Counted from the first letter of the stretch, positions 8,325-17,556 are shown. The stretch is DNA of 52,634 nucleotides from an uncultured Candidatus Saccharibacteria bacterium (GCA_964496005.1 CAZBWW010000004.1:1-52634), one strand, 5' to 3'. Translations and numbers: made by a program. Notes: a model not told the origin generated them from the sequence alone.

Positions 8325-9821
8325 ATGCTTAAACTACCGGACATTTTTACAAAAACCGAAAACAAAAAGTACTTATTGATATTTTTGGCGTTAAATTTGT
8401 TTTTGGTGGTGTTTCAATTACTATATTTAGTTTTTCGTTTTAGTTACATAAATACCGAAATTCCTTTTTTTTACACAAATATATGGGGAGACAGCCAGCT
8501 AGCTCAAAAAAATCGCCTTTTTTTACTTCCCATGTTAACCGCACTTTTAATTCCCGCCGGAGTTTTTTTCTTTTATCTGGCGAAAAAATATTTTATCTTA
8601 TTTGCGGATAAAATCGTCCTAGGCGCTATTACTGTTACAAACACACTTTTAACTTTGTCTCTTGTGAGAATCGTACACATCGCGTCAAGTCCCTTTTCCC
8701 CGTTAATTAAACCGGAATTGGTTCCGCTTGGTATTCCCTTTGGTGTAGTTTTCGCGCTTACTTTTTTACTTACCCCAAAATTTATAAATTATTATAAATC
8801 AATCGGAATTGTGACTAATCCTAAAGTACACTCTCATCCGGGTATGACGCTTGAGACGCCGTCCGCGCGCGGTGCTGGACTTATTTTCGCCATTGCATTA
8901 ATCGGTGTGAGCATAATGTTCGTCGGCGTGTCTAAACTGCTTGTCGGTATTTATCTTGCAACATTTCTAATCGCAGTTCTTGGTCTTATTGACGACTATC
9001 AAAATACACATCCGAAATCAAAATTCGCTTTTTTGGAAAATCCATTTATTAGATTAGGGCTTGTGAGTTTAATTGTGCTTTTGCCGGTTATATTCGGAGT
9101 TAGAATCAATACAATTAATAATCCGTTTAATGGGTTGATTGATTTTTCAGCGGTTACTGTCCAAATCGGCACTTTAACCATTCCGTGGTTGTCTATTGTT
9201 ATTACTGTGTTATGGATTGTGTGGGTCCAAACTGTGTTATCGTGGTCAAACGGAGTCGACGGCCAATACGGCGGGATTGTCGGTATTGCTTGTATTGTAA
9301 TTGCGATTTTGGCATTACGATTTGTACCGCTTACCACAGTAGATTTGCAAATGGCACGAATTGCGGTAGTCGCTTCAGGCGCGGCATGGGGACTAATGAG
9401 GTACACGTGGTTTCCATCCAAAATTATGTGGGGGTTTGGGGCATACGCCGCGGGACTTATTATTGCTGTGACTTCGGTTATGATTGAGGCAAAAGTTGCT
9501 GTCGCTACAATTATTATTTTAATCCCGTTTTTAGATGCGATTGTCACAATCATTAGGCGTGCGATAAAAGGGAAAAATCCGTTAAAAGCTGATAAAGGCC
9601 ATTTGCACCACTTTCTGCATAAAAAGGGTTGGGGTGTTAGAAGAATTGCAGTTTTTTACTGGCTGGCAACAGCGGTATTTGGATTTATCGGCATTGTGTC
9701 CGCAGATAAGGATTTATTGCTGCTTGTACTAACTTTCGGTGGATTGGTCGCCTTTGCTATATTAGGTTTAATTGTTTCGCTGCAACTACAAGACAAACTA
9801 AAACAACAGCAACTTGAGTAA
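8325..9821 (+). CDS. polyprenyl-phosphate N-acetylhexosamine-1-phosphate transferase (MraY/WecA family, GT4) with N-terminal TM extension
   Basis: 498 aa, polytopic. Motifs: LIDDYQN, NGVDGQYGG and HLHH. It starts 14 nt after the GT2 gene. Confidence 0.85.
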   Translation: MLKLPDIFTKTENKKYLLIFLALNLFLVVFQLLYLVFRFSYINTEIPFFYTNIWGDSQLAQKNRLFLLPMLTALLIPAGVFFFYLAKKYFILFADKIVLGAITVTNTLLTLSLVRIVHIASSPFSPLIKPELVPLGIPFGVVFALTFLLTPKFINYYKSIGIVTNPKVHSHPGMTLETPSARGAGLIFAIALIGVSIMFVGVSKLLVGIYLATFLIAVLGLIDDYQNTHPKSKFAFLENPFIRLGLVSLIVLLPVIFGVRINTINNPFNGLIDFSAVTVQIGTLTIPWLSIVITVLWIVWVQTVLSWSNGVDGQYGGIVGIACIVIAILALRFVPLTTVDLQMARIAVVASGAAWGLMRYTWFPSKIMWGFGAYAAGLIIAVTSVMIEAKVAVATIIILIPFLDAIVTIIRRAIKGKNPLKADKGHLHHFLHKKGWGVRRIAVFYWLATAVFGFIGIVSADKDLLLLVLTFGGLVAFAILGLIVSLQLQDKLKQQQLE

Positions 9822-10236
9822 GCAGTCCCCACGGCAAAGGGGCCTGAAATTGCATTTTTTTCTGAATATTTGTAATTGGCTGCAACCATTTAGGTTCTTT
9901 TTCCATGAAAATATAGGGACCTTCCAATGCATCCGGTAAAACAGAAGCGATACCGCACAAAAAAACATTAACTGCCAAAGCAGGATCGTTAATTACCCAT
10001 AATGTGTAATAAGTAAAGGTAAGCCCCACACCAATCCCTATTGCTAAATCGGCCATAACGGCTATCGGCCGCCACCCTTTGCGTCTCTCGTCTTTTTTCG
10101 TATTTGAATAAAAATCCCAGTGCGGCACTTTATCGCCCACAAAATGCATAAAAAAAGAGAGTGGCACTGCTAATATTGGGTTTGTTAGTGAAGTGCCAAT
10201 GGCAACTCCAACAAATACATGTGGTGTTAAAAGCAT
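9757..10236 (-). CDS. hypothetical membrane protein (His-rich, possible metal-dependent hydrolase fold)
   Basis: 159-aa ORF with 4-5 TM segments and an HFVGDKVPHWDF motif. Its 3' end overlaps the convergent GT4 gene by 65 nt. Confidence 0.6.
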   Translation of the reverse strand: MLLTPHVFVGVAIGTSLTNPILAVPLSFFMHFVGDKVPHWDFYSNTKKDERRKGWRPIAVMADLAIGIGVGLTFTYYTLWVINDPALAVNVFLCGIASVLPDALEGPYIFMEKEPKWLQPITNIQKKMQFQAPLPWGLLTQVAVVLVCLVVAAKQLNLI

Positions 10237-10386
10237 AATTCGTGAATTTCACTATATAACTTTGTATTTGGCTTTTCAACTTCGGTAAACATTCGGCTAG
10301 CCGCATTTACACCCACTTTATACTTACCTCACTTTTTTTGTTTTTTCAGTACTTTTTCAGAATTGTGAGGTATAATTTGTACTAAT

Positions 10387-11151
10387 ATGGAAAGTAGCAA
10401 TAAACATGGCTACGACATAAAATCGAAAAAAAACATAAACTTGCCAAAAATACTTCTTGTTGAAGATGACGACAAATTAGCCAAAACTATCACAAATCTA
10501 CTAGATAATGAATATGACATGGAAATAGCAGGAACCGTTACCGAGGCTTTATTTAAAGTTAAAACAAAAAATTTTGACTTATATGTTATTGATATTATTT
10601 TGCCTGATCGAAGCGACAGAAACGGACTAGATATTTGTAAAGCCGTTAAAGAAAATAATGAAAATTCGGCAATTTTAGTGCTAACAGGTAAAAGTGCTAT
10701 TAATTACAAACTTGGCGCATTCAACATTGGGGTTGATGATTACCTGTGCAAACCATTTAATTATTTGGAATTACGCGCAAGACTAAAAGCCCTACTTAAC
10801 CGCGTGCACCAAATAAATTCTCAAAAGCTCGAAGCTACGGATGCAAATACGGGAACCGCATTTAAATTAGGACTCCACGATTTAAGTCTGGATACCAGAG
10901 CACGATTAGTACAGCGTGGTACCAAAAAAATTAACTTACGAAGACGTGAATTTGATTTACTACAATGCATGCTCAAAAATTCCGGACAGGTTTTTTCGAG
11001 AGATGCGCTTATTAAAGGTGTCTGGGAAGGCCGTGAAATTAACCACAACACGGTTGACGTACATGTTAAGAATTTGCGCGAAAAAATAGACGACCCGTTT
11101 ACTAAAAAAATAATTCAAACAATCTATGGAATCGGTTACAAAGTGGAATAA
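10387..11151 (+). CDS. OmpR/PhoB-type response regulator
   Basis: Receiver domain (LLVEDDD, VIDIILPD, CKPF) plus a winged-helix C-terminus (IQTIYGIGYKV). TATAAT lies 10 nt upstream of the ATG. Confidence 0.9.
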   Translation: MESSNKHGYDIKSKKNINLPKILLVEDDDKLAKTITNLLDNEYDMEIAGTVTEALFKVKTKNFDLYVIDIILPDRSDRNGLDICKAVKENNENSAILVLTGKSAINYKLGAFNIGVDDYLCKPFNYLELRARLKALLNRVHQINSQKLEATDANTGTAFKLGLHDLSLDTRARLVQRGTKKINLRRREFDLLQCMLKNSGQVFSRDALIKGVWEGREINHNTVDVHVKNLREKIDDPFTKKIIQTIYGIGYKVE

Positions 11152-11974
11152 CTATACAAATACAGCTTATGTTAAACCGCCGCGGGAATTAATGCGCGAA
11201 CGGGAACACGCGTTGGCACTTGTAAGACTCAATGAACAAGCAAAAACTTTAAATAATTTCGTACTGTACAAGCTGAGAGAATATAACCAATTGACAAGCA
11301 TAGGCTATATGGCATCGAGTATACTTCATGACCTTTCTAATCCGTTAAGTGTTGTTTTACTAAATTTGGAGGTTTTACAAGACAAACTGAAAGATGATGA
11401 AACTGTTAATTTGGCCTTACTAGGCGCGCAGGAGATGGCAAAAACTATTAAAACATATAATCAATCTTTACGAAATGACAAAAGCACATCCGACATTAAT
11501 GTGTACACCGAACTTACCGGCATTAAAAAAATGCTTGAGTACACACTTAGAGCTGAAAACATATTTTTTGAAATTAACGGCGATAAAAACATCCAAATTA
11601 ACGGAAATAGAACAAAATTTACACAAGTAATCCTTAACCTTGTAACTAATTCTATTGATGCATTAAAGAAAAGCGCTAAAAAAGAGAAAAAAGTTGAAAT
11701 AAGTTGTGAAAGCACAAACAGTAAAAAACAAGCTCAAACAAGCATAAAAGTATTGGACAACGGCTGTGGCATACCCGAACCATACATCAAAAGAATATTT
11801 GATCCATTTTATACTACAAAAAAAGATGGCAAAGGCTTGGAAAAAAATCTGGGTTTGGGGCTTTTTATCTGCAAAAAAATAGTGGAAGATGATTTTGGAG
11901 GATCTCTTAAGATTGACTCGAAAGTTAAAAAATATACGAGGGTGCTAATACAAATTCCGGCAAAACTAGTATAA
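11126..11974 (+). CDS. sensor histidine kinase, cytoplasmic (no TM segment)
   Basis: H-box SSILHDLSNPL. HATPase N, G1 and G2 boxes (LVTNSIDAL, DNGCGIP, GLGLGLFICK). Alternative start at ATG 11192. The 11126 start overlaps the regulator gene by 26 nt. Confidence 0.85.
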   Translation: MESVTKWNNYTNTAYVKPPRELMREREHALALVRLNEQAKTLNNFVLYKLREYNQLTSIGYMASSILHDLSNPLSVVLLNLEVLQDKLKDDETVNLALLGAQEMAKTIKTYNQSLRNDKSTSDINVYTELTGIKKMLEYTLRAENIFFEINGDKNIQINGNRTKFTQVILNLVTNSIDALKKSAKKEKKVEISCESTNSKKQAQTSIKVLDNGCGIPEPYIKRIFDPFYTTKKDGKGLEKNLGLGLFICKKIVEDDFGGSLKIDSKVKKYTRVLIQIPAKLV

Positions 11975-12010
11975 TGGCAGCATTCGCTTGTAACTGTTAT
12001 GCTACTACAT

Positions 12011-12099
12011 GGAGGGTTGGCAGAGCGGTAATGCAGCGGCTTGCTAAGCCGTCACGGTGTAAAAACCGTGCGTGGGTTCAATTCCCACACCCTCCGCCA
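12011..12099 (+). tRNA. tRNA-Ser (anticodon GCT), encoded CCA
   Basis: Hand-folded cloverleaf: acceptor GGAGGGT/ACCCTCC, anticodon loop TTGCTAA, long variable arm, T-loop TTCAATT. Confidence 0.9.
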
Positions 12100-12217
12100 G
12101 CATGTACCTCAGACTATTCGTTGTAGTAGTGTAATACGGCACTTGTTAGCACTTACGTAACGCCGGAACTTCGAAAAAAGTGGCAACTATTTATTCACTT
12201 GGTGTACAATATACATA

Positions 12218-12799
12218 ATGGTCATAATGGATTCCGCAGCAAAATATTTAGGCTACAAAAAAGCTTCTGAACCGGACACCAAAACCGAAGTTGCTGAAAT
12301 TTTCCCAAAAGAAAAAAGAACAACCGTATACGCGTGGGAAGCACAATCAAGACCCGCTATCCAACAGCTAAATAAAAAGACCACAAAAACGTTAATGATA
12401 ATCGGTATCATTGTTGCAATACTAATGCTCGCAATGCAAGAGTTTATGTTAATTTTAGTTGTTTTGAGCTTTGTATTTGTCATTTACATGATTGGGCAAA
12501 TTCCGGCTGAAACAGTTAAACTTGAAATTACAAACCAAGGGGTAGTATATAACGGCACTTTTTACGCTTGGGACGAATTGGTGCACTTTTTTTTCATTGA
12601 CAGGCAAGGATTGGAAATATGCGTGGTTGATGTCAAAAACGGTATTCCCGCTCGGTTATTTATGACAATGAACCCAGGGGACCACGAAAAAATTAAAGGT
12701 ATACTTGAACAGCACCTAACCTTTTTGGAAGAAGAACCAAAGACCTTTGCCGATAAAACATTTGAAAAAGTAGTGGGTAAACTGGAACTGGAAAAGTAG
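12218..12799 (+). CDS. hypothetical membrane protein (2 TM plus soluble C-terminal domain)
   Basis: 193-aa ORF. TACAAT lies 7 nt upstream of the ATG. Confidence 0.7.
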   Translation: MVIMDSAAKYLGYKKASEPDTKTEVAEIFPKEKRTTVYAWEAQSRPAIQQLNKKTTKTLMIIGIIVAILMLAMQEFMLILVVLSFVFVIYMIGQIPAETVKLEITNQGVVYNGTFYAWDELVHFFFIDRQGLEICVVDVKNGIPARLFMTMNPGDHEKIKGILEQHLTFLEEEPKTFADKTFEKVVGKLELEK

Positions 12800-12989
12800 C
12801 TGCGCTTTTATTTTCTTCCGTTTTTTAAACTTTCGTATTATGTTATCCCGTACTCTGTAGCTCACAAAAACAGATTAAAATAATACGTAGCATTGGCGGT
12901 AAAATCAACTGCAAATAGTTTTACTTCAAATGCAATTTTAAAGCTGCCGAATTTTTAGGCGGTGTTAGTGGTAAAATACCATTATCTTT

Positions 12990-13065
12990 GTGCCCGTAGC
13001 TCAGAGGATAGAGCGCAACGTTGCGGACGTTGAAGTCGGGGGTTCGAATCCCTCCGGGCACGCCA
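12990..13065 (+). tRNA. tRNA-Arg (anticodon GCG), encoded CCA
   Basis: Acceptor GTGCCCG/CGGGCAC, anticodon stem CAACG/CGTTG, loop TTGCGGA, A20 in the D-loop, T-loop TTCGAAT. Confidence 0.9.
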
Positions 13066-13103
13066 TTAAAAAAGTGGATTAACAAAGGTGTTAATCATCA
13101 TTT

Positions 13104-13550
13104 TTATTCCTGCTTAGTCATTTCGGCAGCTACGGCAAGAAAAACACCCGTTACGGAGCTTTCCAATCTTAACTTGGTTGTCTTTGAGCTATACCAAAAA
13201 CAATTATATTTATAATCTATCTCAAGGTTAATATTTTTCTTAACATAAACATAATTACCAAAATCACCATAATAGTTGGTAAAAAGATCTGTGTTTTGTC
13301 TAATTTTCTCTGAAGCGGCTTCGTACGCTTCTTTATCAGTAAACACATTTGTTTCATAAGAAGTCAGCTTGTTTTCATGTTCAAGCACGTACAAGAGAAT
13401 ACCGCCTTCATGTCCCATAGCACCCTCTTCAGAAATTTCGCAGTATATTACTTTATTAAAATCAATTGCCGCCAAATTTTTGATTGTAATAATGGTGCTT
13501 TCAGAATAAAGTATTCGCTTTTCCACCACACTTCTATAAAGAGTTTTCAT
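13104..13550 (-). CDS. hypothetical protein
   Basis: 148-aa ORF with no motif I recognise. TGaTACAAT lies 6 nt upstream of the ATG. It sits between the two tRNA-Arg genes. Confidence 0.7.
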   Translation of the reverse strand: MKTLYRSVVEKRILYSESTIITIKNLAAIDFNKVIYCEISEEGAMGHEGGILLYVLEHENKLTSYETNVFTDKEAYEAASEKIRQNTDLFTNYYGDFGNYVYVKKNINLEIDYKYNCFWYSSKTTKLRLESSVTGVFLAVAAEMTKQE

Positions 13551-13711
13551 AAACGTATTGTATCACCCGCTAAAAAAACTTTTTAAACGGGTTTGAGTTC
13601 TACGAATGGTTAATAAGAATAAATAATTTCCCGGAATATTCTCACATATAACAAGTCATCTCTTTACTGTTAGAATGATTGGTGTATTTTGTACATAATT
13701 AGATGCAACGT

Positions 13712-13787
13712 GTGCCCGTAGCTCAGAGGATAGAGCGCAACGTTCCGGACGTTGAAGTCGGGGGTTCGAATCCCTCCGGGCACGCCA
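13712..13787 (+). tRNA. tRNA-Arg (anticodon CCG), encoded CCA
   Basis: 76 nt, identical to 12990-13065 except position 34 (loop TTCCGGA). Confidence 0.9.
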
Positions 13788-13794
13788 ATATTAT

Positions 13795-14070
13795 TCACAG
13801 CCCCAACGTAGCAACAAACATCACAACTGCGGCAAAAAACCGGACGGCATAAACCTTAAGTGTGTGTTTTTCCAATAAATCGGGTTTCAGAAAAGACAAT
13901 ATGAACACGAGTACCATCGATACCGGAAGTGAAATTATTGCCGTAGAAATACTCACATTTTGCGCTACTGCCGCGGAAGCCGCTAAAGTGCCGATCACAC
14001 CCAAAACCGATATGAGCAGGATCCCGGTATATTCTTTAATTGGCGTTCTTTTTGGATTATTTATAAACAT
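13795..14070 (-). CDS. small membrane protein (3 TM)
   Basis: 91-aa hydrophobic ORF. TGtTTAAAT lies 7 nt upstream of the ATG. Confidence 0.6.
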   Translation of the reverse strand: MFINNPKRTPIKEYTGILLISVLGVIGTLAASAAVAQNVSISTAIISLPVSMVLVFILSFLKPDLLEKHTLKVYAVRFFAAVVMFVATLGL

Positions 14071-14150
14071 GTGAGCAATTTAAACAATAAAATAAAACGG
14101 AATAACATGTGCATCGAAAATAGACGTGGGCATGGTTATAAGTTAAAAGA

Positions 14151-14507
14151 TTAATTCAACTTTATGACGGTATCTAATATGCCAATATTTTTTATATTCT
14201 TTTCGTTAATTTTTTCAATCTCATCGTTTGTAAAATAAAGACCATAATTAACAGCGGTATTAATTAAGGCGGTAAGGTACCTGTCGCTTGTATTTTCTAT
14301 GATTATGCAATCCTCTAAAACAGAAACGGTAGTTTGAAAATTACCGCGTTCAGCCACATTTTTTAATAGTGTTAATAAAAGGGTTGTTGTTTTTTGCTTT
14401 TTATCAGAAATGTTTTTTATTAGCAGTTTTTTTTCATTACTATGGTATTCGACATTTTCCGAAATAACCTGTTTTGTCTGAATATTAATTAGGTTAAATT
14501 TAAGCAT
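14151..14507 (-). CDS. hypothetical small protein, translationally coupled to the upstream HExxH protein
   Basis: 118-aa ORF. Its ATG lies 3 nt after the stop of the 611-aa gene. Very AT-rich. No motif I recognise. Confidence 0.65.
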   Translation of the reverse strand: MLKFNLINIQTKQVISENVEYHSNEKKLLIKNISDKKQKTTTLLLTLLKNVAERGNFQTTVSVLEDCIIIENTSDRYLTALINTAVNYGLYFTNDEIEKINEKNIKNIGILDTVIKLN

Positions 14508-14510
14508 TTT

Positions 14511-16325
14511 TTATTTCTCACTTTCTTGAGCCGCACTTTTCGTTAACTCTGCTAATTCAATAAGCGCTGTCTGTTCGTTTGAAAATCTTGTCGATATGTA
14601 GTTATTTATTTTTTCCCACTGTTCTCGTGTGGTTCTCCTTCTTATATAATCTGCGATACGTTTGGCACGCTCAGGTGTACCATCCACACTAATTATCTGT
14701 TCGTTAATTACTTCCGGCCTGATAACCAGTAGTGAAAAAGGCCTCATCATAAGCATTGCATAACAGATACAAAAATCTTCTTCTAGTCCCAAAGTGTAAG
14801 ACTTCTCTCTACTAATTATAGCGTACTCTGATATTGGATTTGACTCCTCACGCACTACTCTCTCCCAGGCATCAAATTCATAAAAATCCAGATCGTCCCA
14901 CAACTCATGCCCGAACTCATGGAACATTGTTTCTAATGCAATTACCTTTGTCCCATCTGTTAAATTATCGGGGCTGTCATCCGGAACTCTAACATCTGCG
15001 AATAATATAATAACGACTTCGCGCTGATTATCCTCACCATTTGCAACCATTCTCCTTCCCATTGTTGTTGCGGTATATTCTGAACCATCGGCTCTTGTGC
15101 GTTTTTCTTTTGGTCTAAGATCAGAAGCCTCTACAATCTTTACATCTCTTACGACACAGGGGGGTATGTACCATCCTATCATATGTCTTAATTCTTCAGC
15201 AGTTAACGCCGTTTTAAAACCCAGTCTCTCTTCAAACCCGGAGATGCTGAGATTTTCGATCAATTCACCAACATTTAATTCAGCTAACACCCGTTGATGT
15301 TCAACCCCCATCGAGGCGGGGTCTTCCGGAAGAATGCCAGAGTTTTTCCACCTATCGTGAGTAGCGGTAATTCTGCTACAAACCGCTGAGCGAAAACGCG
15401 ACAAGTAATTATCTTTGGTAGCAACATTGTTAGAATTAATACCTAGAGCCCTACTACTAGGACTCGACTCGGAACTGCCTATATCGCTCAAGAATCGGTC
15501 ATTTGGAAAATCAATAACATCACTCCCCTTGTAATATTTGAAATTACTATACCTTCTGGCCACATCAACAATTTCAATTGCAGTATTCCTGATTACCTCC
15601 CCGGACGGTAGCGCACTAACATTAAAATTGCGGTGTGGAATATCCGATAGTAAACCAGCGTTTTCATACTCAATAACAATGCTTCTGACTCTTGCTAATA
15701 AAGAACTAGCAAGGCTGGAATCAAACTCACCGGAATTTACATCTATCATCAGTTCTTCAATCCTGCTCAACTCTTGTAAAGCACTTTGTAATCCTGATAA
15801 TTCATATGGCCTCTCTACCAATGGTGTGTCGTATAAATGGACTAACAGTGCATTAAAATCTATTCTTGCTGTAAAGTCGGAAAACTCGTTAGTTAATAGC
15901 TCACTAGTTTCTATGAGCACCTGCTTATCATAAAACTGCAATTCATCCTCAAGTTTTTTAGCCTCAAGAATTAGTGGTACAAATTGACTCATTGTCTTAT
16001 CGTCTGCATACTCCATAGGGCTATCAGATTCAAAGATCTCAGTGAGGAGTTCTGTTGTTGACTCTCGAACATCATCTGGCAACCCATCAAGTATTTCTGC
16101 TCCTACATTACCGAGTCTCTCTAACTCTTCTTCGATCTCTGCTATTCTCGCGCTGCGTTGTTCAATTGAAAGTGTTGGGTATTGTGCTTCGAGGTTGTTG
16201 GTGATTACTCTACCATCATTTGCCTCACCTTGCCCAAACGGAATGGCTTCATTATTAGTAGTTTCCTGTGATTTATCTAAGCTTTCAAGTGTGTTCATAG
16301 CTTCATACCACAAACCTTTCTTCAT
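14511..16325 (-). CDS. large cytoplasmic-looking protein with C-terminal HEFGH...E gluzincin-type metallopeptidase-like domain
   Basis: The ORF runs to TTG 16346 (611 aa). ATG 16325 is preceded by GGAAGGTG. HEFGH is encoded at 14907-14921, and EEDF lies about 42 aa downstream. The N-terminal half is acidic and coiled-coil-like. No signal peptide. Confidence 0.75.
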   Translation of the reverse strand: MKKGLWYEAMNTLESLDKSQETTNNEAIPFGQGEANDGRVITNNLEAQYPTLSIEQRSARIAEIEEELERLGNVGAEILDGLPDDVRESTTELLTEIFESDSPMEYADDKTMSQFVPLILEAKKLEDELQFYDKQVLIETSELLTNEFSDFTARIDFNALLVHLYDTPLVERPYELSGLQSALQELSRIEELMIDVNSGEFDSSLASSLLARVRSIVIEYENAGLLSDIPHRNFNVSALPSGEVIRNTAIEIVDVARRYSNFKYYKGSDVIDFPNDRFLSDIGSSESSPSSRALGINSNNVATKDNYLSRFRSAVCSRITATHDRWKNSGILPEDPASMGVEHQRVLAELNVGELIENLSISGFEERLGFKTALTAEELRHMIGWYIPPCVVRDVKIVEASDLRPKEKRTRADGSEYTATTMGRRMVANGEDNQREVVIILFADVRVPDDSPDNLTDGTKVIALETMFHEFGHELWDDLDFYEFDAWERVVREESNPISEYAIISREKSYTLGLEEDFCICYAMLMMRPFSLLVIRPEVINEQIISVDGTPERAKRIADYIRRRTTREQWEKINNYISTRFSNEQTALIELAELTKSAAQESEK

Positions 16326-17445
16326 ACACCTTCCTATACCTATCAAAAAGCGTGACTATTAAAGTCAACAGCAACACAAAAAACAGCGTGTTACCCAAAT
16401 TTATCACACCACCTAAAGTTAGCAGTAAATACGCATAAAATAAAACTAGCCCAAAGTTAACCACCACCATGCCGGAAAAATGCCCAACTACCGATGACCA
16501 GTCTTTACCTTTATTGATGAGCCATTGACTAAAAAGGGCGTTAATCATTATTATTGCTCCGGCTCCCAGCATTAGTCCCAAATTAGTAACCTGCACACCG
16601 GGTAGAATCTGCGCGAATATAATACACACAAGCGAAACGAGTGCAGTTTTTTCTAATAATGCGGTGTTGAGAAAAAGTTTTTTAACCGATGGAGCCGCAT
16701 AATCTGGCTTATTTCTTCCATTTTTCGAATTTTTTGTATGCTCGTCTGCATTAACTGTTAACTGCCAATCGGCAGGTGGTAATTTCTTAAGCGCCGCACG
16801 AAGACCGACTATTATTACAACTGTAGCAACTAAAACCGTGGGAATCAGCCACTGATTAGCCGCTAAAATTTCTTGCAAACCGGCGTCCAGCGGCACATGA
16901 AAAACGTGTTTCTTCAAAAAATCCGTTGTATCCAGTTGTGCGATGTGAATCCAATATTCCTGTGGGAGCTTAATAAAAATCCAAATAAAAGCTGCGGCCT
17001 TGAGAACGGCTTTTTTTGATAGGCGAAGCGGGTTCCAACGTAAATTTACACTTTCATAAAAAATGAAAAAATATTCAAACACATTTGGGAAAATTAGCAT
17101 TAGCCAGCGTGGACCCTCACCTGTATAAGTTAGCTCAAAAAGCGTGACGCCTACTAGACGGTAGTACCACAGAAACCGGCCTACTTTAACTGCATGTAAG
17201 TTTGTCCAGTTACGCAGTGTTGAGATATACGCGAGTGTTAAATAATAAATGTCCAACGCTTTATCGTAACTTTGATAATTTTCCAGGTTTAAACTTGTGA
17301 ACTGCTGAAAAATTGTTTGGTCAACGCCATCAAGAACTAGCGCCGCAATAACACCGGGAAGCGGATATCTGAATATAACAAGTGGGATAAAAAACCGGCC
17401 AAGAATTACAGCCCAAAATATAAAGGTGTCTGAAAGTTCGATCAT
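16303..17445 (-). CDS. polytopic membrane protein of unknown function (first gene of the operon)
   Basis: The ORF extends to ATG 17463 (386 aa). ATG 17445 is preferred because TGgCATAAT lies exactly 6 nt upstream of it. About 9-10 hydrophobic segments. Confidence 0.7.
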   Translation of the reverse strand: MIELSDTFIFWAVILGRFFIPLVIFRYPLPGVIAALVLDGVDQTIFQQFTSLNLENYQSYDKALDIYYLTLAYISTLRNWTNLHAVKVGRFLWYYRLVGVTLFELTYTGEGPRWLMLIFPNVFEYFFIFYESVNLRWNPLRLSKKAVLKAAAFIWIFIKLPQEYWIHIAQLDTTDFLKKHVFHVPLDAGLQEILAANQWLIPTVLVATVVIIVGLRAALKKLPPADWQLTVNADEHTKNSKNGRNKPDYAAPSVKKLFLNTALLEKTALVSLVCIIFAQILPGVQVTNLGLMLGAGAIIMINALFSQWLINKGKDWSSVVGHFSGMVVVNFGLVLFYAYLLLTLGGVINLGNTLFFVLLLTLIVTLFDRYRKVYEERFVV

Positions 17446-17556
17446 GGGTTTATTATGCCACATGAGGGGTTAGTGAGAAAAATTTAGCAAGTTTTGATGG
17501 TGGTTATAATTTATAGTTTTCTTAGTGATTTGAAATTTGAAGTTACCCTATAGTGG

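Noticed and set aside
8999-9553. 184-aa minus-strand ORF inside the GT4 gene, and similar antisense ORFs such as 1000..1326, 2966..3322, 15538..15933 and 37275..37709
   Set aside because: They are embedded antisense in genes with strong family motifs. They lack start signals and have low-complexity or hydrophobic mirror-image composition.
13021-13215. 64-aa plus-strand ORF (MRTLKSGVRIPPGTP...)
   Set aside because: It starts inside tRNA-Arg(GCG). The GVRIPP peptide is the usual translation artefact of a T-arm. It also overlaps the better-supported minus-strand gene 13104..13550.
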